The notes below the pieces were generated by a model. It saw only the letters and a list, made by a program, of their open reading frames with translations. It had not been told where the DNA came from and ran no database searches. The position numbers and the translations under genes were made by a program. This document shows, one piece after another, positions 52,919 to 64,000 of a stretch of 64,000 bases of DNA (position 1 is its first letter; every line of letters starts with the position of its first letter). The stretch is from Lama guanicoe (Eukaryota), in the NCBI GenBank assembly GCA_013239625.1, contig MU054117.1:4144677-4208676 (forward strand), written 5' to 3'.

Positions 52919-55900
52919 CTGCGGGGGCAGCTTCGGTAACAGTTTTACTTTGTAAGCTGTGCTTCACCCCGGAGCTACGTTGCACAGAGTGACCTGTTTC
53001 TTCATTCTTCTTACCAAATACAAGACATGCAGGGGAGCGGGGATAACGGACAGGGTCTCAGAGCTGACCAGGCCTGGGTCATCCTGGTGGGCCATCCTGG
53101 TGGGTCCCAGGGGTGGTCTGGGGGCAGCACAGCCGGAACCGGGCTCCCTCCGGCCGGGGGTCCCTCAGGTCCCGCAGACCCCAGACAAGGACCGAGGCCC
53201 AGAACAGCCCCAACGTGCAGACCTCAGCCTTCACGCCGAGGGTCCACGAAACCGCAGAGGATAAAGAGGGTGAGAGGCTGTGGCACGGATGCAAATCACA
53301 TTTCCAGAGATGAGCCCGGGGTCCAGCCTCACCTCCGCCCCTCCCTCACTGGGTAGCTCTTCAGCAAACTGAGCCCCTTCTGTTCCCAGGGCTTCCCTCT
53401 GCCCTGGGAACCTTACGAAGCTTCTGAGAGAACGACCTAGACTCATGAATTTTTTTGACCCTCAAACGGTCAGTAAGTCACCTAGTGTCTTCAAGAGGGC
53501 CCGAGGGAGCTCTGCGCCACAGAACATGCTGATAAACCGGCCAGGGCCTCTGCTCAGCACAATGTGATAAACTCCCCTCGGCCCCGAGAGGAGCCCCAGA
53601 CGGGACCCCTGAGCCCCGCTCCCCGGCTCCCAGCTTCCTCTCTCTGTGGTCCCAGCCTCCTCCTCACAAAGGCCCCAGATGATGCATAATTTATTCCACA
53701 TGTTTGTTTGTGGCGCCTGCCAGAGGCATCTGTCGTAAATGTTTCAATACTTTAACTTCAGATGAGTCTTCTTTTGAAATAATTGTCCCGAGGGTGGTGC
53801 ACTGAACAGTAAATTAACACCCGTCTATCCACGGGCCTCCTCTTGGCAAATGTCCCCCTTCGGTGCTCCCCATAAAACATTCATTGAATGCAGCATCGCA
53901 GGCAGCGCCAGGCCGGGTGGGAGGACGGACAGGTGCCGGCACCCGCACGGCATAAACATGTGGGTGACGGCACCGCCCACGAGGGGAACTCCTGGGACTA
54001 GTTCAATACGACCTTGTTTCAAAGTCCTTTTCAGTGACACGGTTTATAGAAAAGACTCTTTCCAGACCCACAGTCCTGCCGTTTCCCCAGCCTGCCATGG
54101 GCTCCTGGCTCCTGGACACAAAAAGGTGTCTTCCCTTCTCATTGAAGCCCTCAGTGTCCTGACCTCACCTGTGTCCCTCCCACGGTGCCATCACACACAC
54201 ACGCGTGCACTGATGCACCCACCCCCGTGCTCACACCACCAGCCCACCCTCCCCGCTTACATGGGCATTCCCAATGGCACAGAGACAGTCAGAACCACGG
54301 GTCACTCATGCACTCTTCCATCATGTCCGTAGCCAGCATTTTTGTGTCTTCTGTTTCTAGCCCCGGACAGCCTCTCAACTTCCCCGGGCAAGGACCTGGC
54401 TTAAGTGATCGACCAGTGGCCAGCAGATCCCAAAGCGATGCTGACTTATACCTGGACGTCGGCGCCAGCCCGCTGCCACTTGCCCTCCACACCTGGTCTC
54501 CCCTGCTCCCTTCCTCCGCTTGGTGTTGCTGGTGCTGAACCCTAAAAACCGTATTTCCCAGAATAACTTAACAACTGACTCCGGTTGGATTTGGCCAGTG
54601 GGGGGCACTGGTGTTAGACTGGCGGGCAGGAGGGGGAAAGTTGGGGTCTTTCTCCTCCATTCCCTCTATCTGCTTCCAATGGCATCTCCAGAAAGGGCCG
54701 CGCCTCCTGCAGGGCGCCAGCACCCACCGGCTTTTGGTGATGCCACTTCCCTCCTGTCCTTCCAGTCCCAAGAGTGAGAGCAGCTCCCTCCTGTTGTTAA
54801 TCTCTGTGCTTGGCCTCACCAGCCTCTGTCTGCCTCGATTTCCCCAATTCTAACACCTTCATAATTAGTTTTTCAGATGATTTTCCCTCCACTGAACTAG
54901 GAGGCACGCGTTGTTTTCTGACGACACCCTCACTGGTCCAAAGTTTACTCAAAGGGAAGGAGGCGTGGCTGCCATGAGAACGGGTCGGAGGAACGAGAGG
55001 CAGAGGTCCGGACAGCTCCCCGGCCCCGCCAGCCACGGCCCCTGCCAGCTGTTCTCCACTCAGAGCTTTATCATCTTGTAGGAACAGAGAGAAATCTTGC
55101 CCTGGAGGAAAACTTGAGAAAACCTGCAAATCTGCCCAGGATAGACTATTCCAGAAAAGATTCCAACTGATCCAGCAGAAAAAAAGAAAACAAGCTATCT
55201 TTTTATTAGAAGTTCCAGCGCCATATTCTTCCTCGGAAACACAATACGTCTCTGTGTTTATCGTCCCCAGTTCTCTGCTGAACCTCTTGCTGTAAACTGA
55301 GCTAACGCCACGCACTGCTGTCCTCAGTGGAAACACAGCGTCAGCCCACCGAAGTTTACACAGAACCACCAAAGAGCAAACAGGCTGGCTAGCTGTCTTG
55401 TACCCCTCTTCCCTGTGACGACCACGGTCCTTCCTGCCTTTAGAAGAAGGAAGAAGAACCAAACAGGAGTCTTCAGGAGGGTGTGAGGATCGTTGAAGGG
55501 GAACATGTGAAAGGCAGAGGAGCGTGAAGGTCAAAAGCATTGCTCTTGAGTCAGACCATCTGTCCACATACACATATCGAGCAAGTTCCTTATTTCTAGA
55601 TAAGTACGCCTCAGTTTCCTCAAGGATAAAATTGGAAATAATAATGGTTTTGAGACTTAAATGAAATAAAACCCATAAAGACCTGCATGGAGTGAGCACA
55701 CCATAAATACCACTTATAATTTCATCATTTTGTCGTCCTGACCATGCCCAAAGCCTTGAAAACCAGAACAGGAGACATAAAAATAGCCAAATGGCCACTG
55801 TCTAAAATATACGAGACAGTCTGTCCCCCAGTCACAGGCTAAAGACCAACGTGACCTTTCACATCCACAAAGAAAAGCACCAGCTCTCAGAACTGCAGAG

Positions 55901-56139
55901 GCTGCAACGCCAGCTCCCCACATGCCAGCTGAGGCAGGGGAGACCAGAGCTGGGCTCAGCTACCTGGAGAAGCACCAGGAGGCCCTCTGGCCTTACCACC
56001 TTGTCCCCCCAGGTGTGGATGCGTGGTTATGTCTCATCACAGTGTAGAACACCGCCCTTCAGATCAGCACCCTGTTGATGGGGTGTGAATTCTCCTTGGC
56101 GAAGCCTTACAGAGAGAGTTCAAAAGCAATGGGCTGCGG

Positions 56140-58245
56140 CTAACACCATACTTCTTAATGGTGAAAGGCTAGTATTTTTCTCTTAAGATCAAGAGCGAAA
56201 CAAAGAAGTAGATTCTCATCACTTCTATTCAACATTCCATAAGAGATTGTAGTCAGGGCAATGCGGGGAAAAAGGAGGGATGGAGGGAGAGAGAGAAAGT
56301 GCATTCAGGTTGGGAAAAGAAAAGGCAAAACTAACTCCCTCTACAGATGACATGATCTTAAAAACAGAAATCCTCAGGAACCCATTAAAAACTACGAAAA
56401 CTCATAAATTAGTTCAGCAGAGTGGTAGGATATAAAATCAATGCACGAAAATCAATTATACTTCTATACACTAGCAATAAACAATCCAAAATTGAAATGA
56501 AGAAAACCATTCTGCCTGCAATCGCATGAAGAAGAATCAAACGATCGTAAACATTTAACAAAAGACGTGCAAAACCTGTACCCTGAAAATATGAAACATT
56601 TTTAAAGAAACTAAAGAAGATCTAAATAAATGGAAAGCTATACCATGTTCATAGATTAGAAGACTCAGTATTGTTGAGATGGCGCTACTTCCTGAATTAG
56701 CCTGCAGATTCAAATCGATCCCTGTCAAAAATCCCAGTTTACGTTTTTTGCAGAAACTGACAAATTAGTCATAAAATTCATAAGGAAATGCAAGACATCC
56801 CAAACTGTCAAAACAATTTTGAAAAAGAAGCACAAACTCAGAGTCACATTCCCAATTTCAAAACGTATACACAGGTGCAGTAATTAATCAAGATAATATG
56901 GTACTGACCTAAGGAAGGACATACACACTAACGGAACAAAACTGAGTGTCTAGAAATGAACTCGCACATTTATGACAGGTGGATTTTTGATAAGAGTGTC
57001 AAGATAGTTCAATGGAGAAAATGGAGTCTCTTCAACAAGTGGTGCTGGAACAACTGAGTATCCTTGCAAAAAAAACGTGGACCTCTTATGTACATCACAC
57101 ACAAAAATTAACTCAAAATGGATCATTGACCTACAGATAAGAGTTCACACTGTAAAATTCTCAGAAGAAAAGCTGGAAGTATATCTCCATGGCATTGGAT
57201 TAAGCAATGGTTTCTTAGACATGACACAAAAGCAAAGTGACAAAAGGAAAAATAGGTAAATTGAACTACATCAAAAAAAACTTTTGTGCAGCAAACTGGA
57301 TCAATTAAATAAAAAAACAAATCCATAGAATGGGAGAAGATATTTGTAACTCATATTATCTGATAAGGGACTGGTGTTCAGATTGTGTAAATAACTCTTA
57401 ACACAATAATAAAAAGACAATTAACCCAACTTTAAAAAATGGGCCAAGGATTTGAATAGATATTTTTCCAAAGAAGACATAAAAATTGCCAATAAGCACA
57501 TGAAATGATGCTCAAGTCATTAGTCACTATGGAAATGCTCATGAAAACCACAATGAAATACCACTTCACACAACTAGGATGGATAAAAAGTTAAAAAGAA
57601 AGATAACAACAAGTGTTGGTGAGGATGTGGGGAAATTAGAGCCGTCACACACTGCTGGCTGGCATGCAAAATGGTGCAGACACTTTGAAAAATATTATAG
57701 CAATTCTTCAGCATGTTAAACATAGAGTGACCATACGAACCAGCGCTTCTACTCTCATGTTCATGTCCCAAAGAAGTGAAAACACACATCCACACAAAAA
57801 CTTGTAAGCAAATGTTCGTAGCGGCACTGCTTGTAATAACAGCTGAAAGGTGGGAGCCATCCAAAGGTCCATCAACTGCTGAACACATAAATAAAATTAG
57901 GTCTGTCCAAAGTACAGAATATGATGCGGCAATAAAAAAGAACGACATAGTGAAATGGCTACAACGTGGGCGAATCGTGAAAACGTTCTGCTAAGTGGAA
58001 GTAGAGAAATACCACATTTCGCATGATTTCACTTACAAGGAAGTCCACAGCAGGCAGATAAGAACAGACAGTGGGCTACTTGCTTCCCAGGGGAGAGGGT
58101 TTCTTTTTGAGGTGATGAAAATGTTTTAAACTCAGGTTGTGGGAATGACTGCACAATCTGTGACAACACTAAAACCTACCAAGTTGTATAATTTAAATGG
58201 GTGAATTTTATGGTCTGAGGATTAAATTGCTATAAAGGCGTTTTT
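56140..58245 (+). mobile_element. L1 (L1MA/MB-like) 3' ~2.1 kb: ORF2 RT/C-terminus and 3' UTR
   Basis: Decayed ORF2 peptides HTKINSKWIIDL (57077..) and KTHIHTKTCKQMFVAALLVI (57776..), then a typical 3' UTR ending in ggtgatgaaaatgttttaaac...tttaaatgggtgaattttatg. Confidence 0.9.
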
Positions 58246-59323
58246 AGAAATGAACTTTACATCTTAAAAAAGAATTTTTTAAAGCAATGGGGATCAGGTG
58301 GAGCTGAGTTTGACTACAAGCTCCCCCACAACGAGCTTCGTGGTCTTTGGGAAGTTCCTCTGCCACCTCGGCCTCAGTAAACGGTAGCTTTTTATCACTC
58401 AAGAGGAAGGGGTGTAAGGGGAGACGGGATACGCAGCCTCAGGGTTACAATGAAGGCAGAGCCAAGGTGACCCTGTGGGATGAAAGAAGCACATCCAAGA
58501 CCACCAGCCAGACCTCGATTCTTAGTCCCTGTCTATTTCCCGGAAGCAAGTGCCCTTCCCGACCAGCCCGCCCACGATGGTGCCCCCGCGCCCTGAGGCC
58601 GTGGGGCTCGACCTCAACTCTTCCTGGAGGCGAGGGCAGCCTCCTTCCCATCAGACAGCAATGCGTGCTCCTCCCTTCATCTCCCACCTCTGGCTACACT
58701 TACAGCAAGGACAGGAGCATTTCCAGTATTAGCAGAACTGAGAGAACACAAGAAGGATGCTGACAGTCAAATTCCAGGCCATTTCTCTTCTTACACTGCT
58801 CATTTGGGACGGTCATTTCCCCCCCAGTGCCTATAAGGCATTAGATGCTTTGAGCTTTGCATTCTCAACAGTGTAATGAAAATAGATGTTGAATGCTAAA
58901 ACATAAACATTGTATCATTCATAACGCATTCAGATGGTTTTCAATTATTCATGGTTCCTGAAAGTTACTTGACCTGTCATGCATATATATCCAAGCAGTG
59001 TTTATATGAGCCTCAATGTACGCAATTCCAGCTCCTTGGCAGTCCCGTCTATGGAATTAAAATTAAATGAGGCAGTGGTCAATAAAAGTTACATGTGATT
59101 TCCACAAAATTATCCATTGCATCTTGCCCCGGGGTGGAGAAAGTCGCGTGGGATAGCCAAAGCTGCCAGAACACAATATGTTTGCTCTCTGATGAGAGTG
59201 GTGGAGATGATCAGTCTTCCCTAAGAATGAATTCATTTTTTCCTCAAATAATTGGTGGTCTTGGACCTACTGTTTTTCAAGGGAAATAACTCAGATGGCC
59301 ACCCTCTTTCTCTTCTAAGTCCT

Positions 59324-59355
<32 letters not shown>

Positions 59356-60415
59356 AAAAAAAAGCTAGTATCCTGAGCTCAAAAACACCACATTCTTCTG
59401 TTTTGGTGCTTGAATAAATTTGCATGTTAACATGAATGGTTCCAACTTAAAGAATGTAAAATTAAATGAAATCTGAATTCAAGTCCAAGATGGAGAAAAG
59501 ACACATGTAAAAACAACAGATTGTCAACCTCGCTGATTTTTTTGGGGGGAACCAAATTAGGAAAGACATAAACACACACACGCACGCTTGGTTTCAAAGC
59601 AGGGCGCACTCAGGGGAGACAGGCACTGCCAAAGAGCCCACCCCAACCCCCACCGGACCCCCACCGCACACGCACCGCGAGTATTTACAGATCACAGCAC
59701 AGATTCTGAGGCTCTGTTTCAATGTCTAAATGCCACCATAAAACTCAGAAATACGACTCACAAGCCAAGTTCACCATCATGTCCCTACTGCGGAGGCCCA
59801 CCCAGATAAAACAAAACGTGCGGACCAGCGTATGAGCTGCTCGGCCCGGAGAGCCATTTCTCGCTTTGTCCTTCGACGCCCCCAGGGCACCTGAAGGGGA
59901 GCGTCACCTCAGGGTCAGCTGCACAGACCATCAGGGACAGACCGGGCTTGGAATCCCAGATGCATCCATCATTCACTGGCTTGGGTGACCTCTGGCCAAC
60001 GACTTAATCTGTGGACATAACTTTTTTCATGAGTCTCCATTTAACCTAAAAATTATGCCAGTCTTAGGCACTTACTGTGAGAGTAAAATAACCCCACTCA
60101 TGGGAACAGTGCCTGGCCCGGAGCAAGCACTGGGTGAGGGCGAGCTGCCCGACCGACGGGCGCTATTTTCATTCCACATGTAGTCAACGCAGTCCGGAGG
60201 AGCTGGAGCCAGGCTTCAAACAGGTGCTTTCTTCTCCGACCTGCTCTCTCATTTCGTCCAGACACTGCCATCCGGGAATGCTCTCATTCCATCCTGTCCC
60301 ACCACCGTCAGCCCTTCTCCAGCCCCGCCTCTGTCCACAAAGGCATTCCCAATGAAATGACCACAAGGTCTTAAGAAATAATAAGGATGGAGAGCATCAG
60401 GCACCAGCGTCTTAC

Positions 60416-60526
60416 CTCATCCTCACCCTCAGTCGTACTGGTTCCCAACTTCTGGACCACGGACTTGTCACTCTCCTTCAGCATCTTCTCTCGAACTTTG
60501 GTTTCATACTCAGGCCGGGAGTGTTC
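60416..60526 (-). CDS. ANO2: ANO2 internal coding exon, 111 nt (first intracellular loop)
   Basis: ggttttag|GAA CAC TCC CGG...GAT GAG|gtaaga translates to [37 protein letters not shown]. Phase 0-0. Confidence 0.96.
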
Positions 60527-60782
60527 CTAAAACCCAGCATCCAAGAGTGGTTACTAAACAGGTGCAGGACAGCCTTGGCCTGTGGGTTGTACCAGACACC
60601 ACAAGTACAGTAAATTGGGATCTGGGATCGGATGCTATTGGGCACGAATGGCTGCACCACACACAACGGCCGCTCCGCACGCAACGGCCACTCGGCACAC
60701 AAGCACGAGGCATCTAGACCAGGGATACAACATAGGGGAGAGAGGGGACACACGACACTTGCTGGCACACTGAAAACCAAAC

Positions 60783-60794
60783 CTGGGCACGTTC
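60783..60794 (-). CDS. ANO2: ANO2 12-nt micro-exon encoding ERAQ (positional homolog of ANO1 segment c, EAVK)
   Basis: Minus strand reads cccccag|GAA CGT GCC CAG|gtttgg. It fits in frame between ...GIDEEE and EHSRPEYE..., as in recalled human ANO2 (EEEE-ERAQ-EHSRP). Confidence 0.92.
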
Positions 60795-62663
60795 CTGGGG
60801 GTGGCGCCAGTGTTGAGAAAGGAGAGAGGAAATGTTAACCAGGCAGCTGATACGGAGAGGAGCCCTGTGCTTTACACCGCAGTTTGCCCAAAGGCCACGG
60901 GCTGCATCTGCTCCTCCCACAGTCCATCCTCATACCTCGACTTGCAGTTTCAAGAAGCCAAATCCCCGCTGGAGAAACAGACGTGTCCGCCCCACCAGCT
61001 GGGAGCGAGGGGAACAATAAAACCCCCTCCCTGCTCCACTATTCTGCAAAATGGCGACCAATAAACCTCAAAGTTAAAGGTGGCCACAGGGAACCTGAAA
61101 ACTCACTTGCCTGGACCTGTTTCCGGTACAGCCGAGGTGAGGGACTCATTGGCAAGTACACCAGTGCTCAAGAGACATCACCGGGACATCCGGCAACACA
61201 AACCCGAGTGGTGAGTCACAGACGTGACAAAAAGTGCCCGACTAATCAGAAAGCGCGTGGTGTGATCACCGCGGACGCTGGGGCGGGAAGATGGATGACT
61301 GACTTCAAAGAGAACCTAACAGTGTACCCCTGGCCTCACTGGCGGGCCCTCCCTACAGCTCCCAAAGATGAACATCCACAGGTGTGAGGGCTTCACCTGC
61401 CTGCATCATCGACCGATCACGCCAAAATACTCTCAGAACCGTGGTCTGCAATTTTGCTCCGTGGCCTCTGAAACGGTTGCTTCTCTTCTATTTTTCTCCT
61501 CATGGGAGATGTTAGCTCAAAACCCACAACAGGATCTTTTTGCTGAGGACCACAGTGCGGACGCTAAACCCCTTCAAGCTAGAGCTGCTTCCACCCTGTC
61601 ACGGTCTGCAAAGGAGCTGAGGAGCCCTCCCTCCTGACTGCAGGGTGATCCTGACCTGCCCCCGACTCTCCAAAGACACGCCGTGACATCACACAGAGGC
61701 ATGTCCTTGCGTCCCTCTCGGGGCGGCTGTGCCCACCTCACCCCACACTGGGCCCCAATCTCGGGTGTTTAAAACAAGTCAAGAGCTCCTGGCACAAGAC
61801 AGGAGTCTGGGACTCTCAAAGCAGCGTCTTGGGCTGCTCTGCTTTCCAACCGAAGCAGGCCAGACAAGGCTCTCCCTGCCTGTAGACAAGAAGGTCCGGT
61901 GAGGGGACAGGATTACTCAAAGGCAGAGAGATGGACAACTGAGCTCCTGGCCAGAGCAGAATCTAGACCCCGCGGGGGAGGGCCAGCATACCCAGCTATG
62001 GGCAGGTCGTCCTTGAACACCACCTCCCTGGAGGGGTGGTCTGATGCTAAATCATCACAAAGGCATAACCCCTCCCACCGAGACGCTGGGAAGCATCTCC
62101 CAAAGCTACTTCCACCCGGCTGGTCTCCAGGCCAGCTCAGGACAAACCTGCACTGATGTGAAGGCGTAAATCCAGAGACCCACTCAACAAACTTCCTCAA
62201 CGAAAAGCTGTCCTGGCCTACACGGCAGTGAGTCAGTGGTCCTCTCTTCCTCCCTAAGCAAGTGGCAACTGGCACCCATGCCTCCCCCTTGACCTTCAGG
62301 AGGCTCACAGAAGCACTGGGACACGTCCGTGCTCTGGGTCACGTTCTCTGACCTCATGCTGTGGGGCACCAAAGAGGCGAGAGGGAGAGGAAAGCTGAGT
62401 CGGATCTCCAGGCCACCACAGGACTCGTGCCTTGTGCCACTCTTTCCCAGGGAGGCTCACAGGACACCTGGCTGCCCATCAAGTCCACCGTCTCACAGCT
62501 CAAGAGAAGAGAGGGCTTCACTCTGGGTCCCGGGCCTGTCACTCATGGCTGCGCCCGTGCAGCCAAACTACAGAAGGAGCCACAGCGAGACTTGGCAGGT
62601 GACAGGCAGATGCAAGACAATCTACTTCCAGGGAGAAAGAAGGCAGTAGGCGGGAGAACTCAC

Positions 62664-62746
62664 TTCTTCCTCGTCTATACCGGTCAGGTCCCAGAAGTAG
62701 CCCAGGCGCATCTGCAGTCTCTTCCAGTTTTCAAGAAACATGGTGG
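62664..62746 (-). CDS. ANO2: ANO2 internal coding exon, 83 nt (end of TM2, start of first intracellular loop)
   Basis: Minus strand reads ctctctaag|CC ACC ATG TTT CTT GAA...GAC GAG GAA GAA|gtgagt, giving (A)[27 protein letters not shown]. This matches recalled anoctamin-2. AAG acceptor, GTGAGT donor, phase 1 to phase 0. Confidence 0.96.
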
Positions 62747-63050
62747 CTTAGAGAGAAAGAAACAATTCCATTAACTGAAGAGCAGATTTTGAGCTCCCTT
62801 TGGGTTCACCAAGGGAAATGGTGGATAAATGTAACTTTCAAATTTGGGGACTTTGTTTGAAGCATTTATTCCCTTCCCCCTGCTTCTAACTGGAACTGCT
62901 TGAAATATTCCACATCCTTGAGAGCCCAAGAGATATGCATAAAGGGAGGCGCATACACACAGACATACACAGACACACACACACACACACATACACTTTT
63001 CCCTTTTCTAGGTTATAAGAAAAAGTAAACACTGATCTCAAGAAATGAAG

Positions 63051-63187
63051 AAAGACTATATTCAATATCTCATAATAACCTATAGTGAAAAAGAATATGA
63101 AAAATATATATAACTGAATAACTACGTTGTACACCAGAAACTAACACAACATTGTAAATCAACTCTACTTCAATTTAAAAAAAAAAA
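63051..63187 (+). mobile_element. Short L1 3' end with poly(A) and TSD
   Basis: gactatattcaatatctcataataacc...gtacaccagaaactaacacaacattgtaaatcaac followed by poly(A). AAGAAATGAAG at 63040 and AAGAAATGGAG at 63186. Same 3' UTR type as 14195-14330. Confidence 0.85.
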
Positions 63188-64000
63188 GAAATGGAGGAGG
63201 AATGGAAGAGTGTGAGGTTTGTAGTCTTCTTTGACAAACCTCATCTTCCCTGTACATCCCCTCTTCCTACCCCTCCCTCCCTGCACTCTCACCTTTTCCC
63301 CATCTTTCTTTCCGTCCCCAGCACGACACCCCTTCTCTGGGCCCAAGTCACCTCATCCTGAGGTTATGGAAGAGTCTCCTAGTCCCACCTGCGCCCAGGG
63401 CCCCAGCCCTCCAGCCCAGCCCACCTGCCCCTGAGAGACTCATGTCTTGTAAGTGACAGTCACTCACTCCTCCATCTGTTCAGCACACCTCTGTCCAAGG
63501 CCTGCCCCCCCGACACACTGGTCCATCTGCAGCTCCAACCACAGCCCTTGAAGGCCCAGCCCGACGTGCAGCAGCAAGAGCCGCCCCCTCGGCTCTGCGG
63601 CCCCGGCCGTTACACCAGGGCTGGACCCCCCAACTGAAGCCTGCTGACGGGCCAGTCGGAAGCTCTCTTCTGAAAACTGAAACTAAGAGACACAAATGGG
63701 GGCAGAAATGGGGGCAATCCACGCAGCCCGGAGAAGGAGGAGGAAGGTTTCAGGTAGGTCCTCCAGCTCCGGCTCCCCAGAGGCCTGGCTGCATTTAATC
63801 TCCTGCCTCCATGAGCTGGCCTCTTGCTTTCTTACACTCTCCCGTCACTGGCGCAAGCTTGAATGAATTTGTAATCCTGCCAAGAACCTAGGCCTGACCA
63901 GGGCACCTGCAGTGTACAGAACAGCGTCCTGCACGTTGTGAGGGAGACTGGGTGAATCTCCTGTGGATTTTGCTCCCACCTTGTCTAGTCTATGAGGAGA

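Larger units (their letters stand above)
4184..60415 (-). other. ANO2: Very long ANO2 intron (56,232 nt)
   Basis: Bounded by a GTAAGA donor at 60415 and a CAG acceptor at 4184. The flanking exons join in frame (...[13 protein letters not shown]...). Confidence 0.9.

Noticed and set aside
54797..55798. 333-aa minus-strand ORF
   Set aside because: It runs through a MIR remnant, has no recognisable domain and starts at a non-ATG codon. Likely a chance ORF.

Overview
Mammalian genomic DNA, probably a camelid (camel/alpaca/llama), judged from the recalled tRNA-derived SINE type. The whole window lies inside one minus-strand gene, ANO2 (anoctamin-2/TMEM16B, a Ca2+-activated Cl- channel). Five internal coding exons with GT-AG boundaries join in frame: 62664-62746, a 12-nt micro-exon 60783-60794 (ERAQ), 60416-60526, 4109-4183 and 510-705. 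They encode the end of TM2, the acidic first intracellular loop, TM3 and TM4. A ~56-kb intron (4184-60415) fills most of the window. It holds L1, L2, MIR, LTR, DNA-transposon and SINE remnants, simple repeats, several short tandem duplications and a retroposed copy of the 28S rRNA 3' end. Almost all ORFs in the supplied track are spurious. I found no evidence of a new multi-gene system. The best observations concern splicing, an acidic-loop substitution and unusual retrotransposition events. Repeat family names and ortholog comparisons are from recall, not from a database search.
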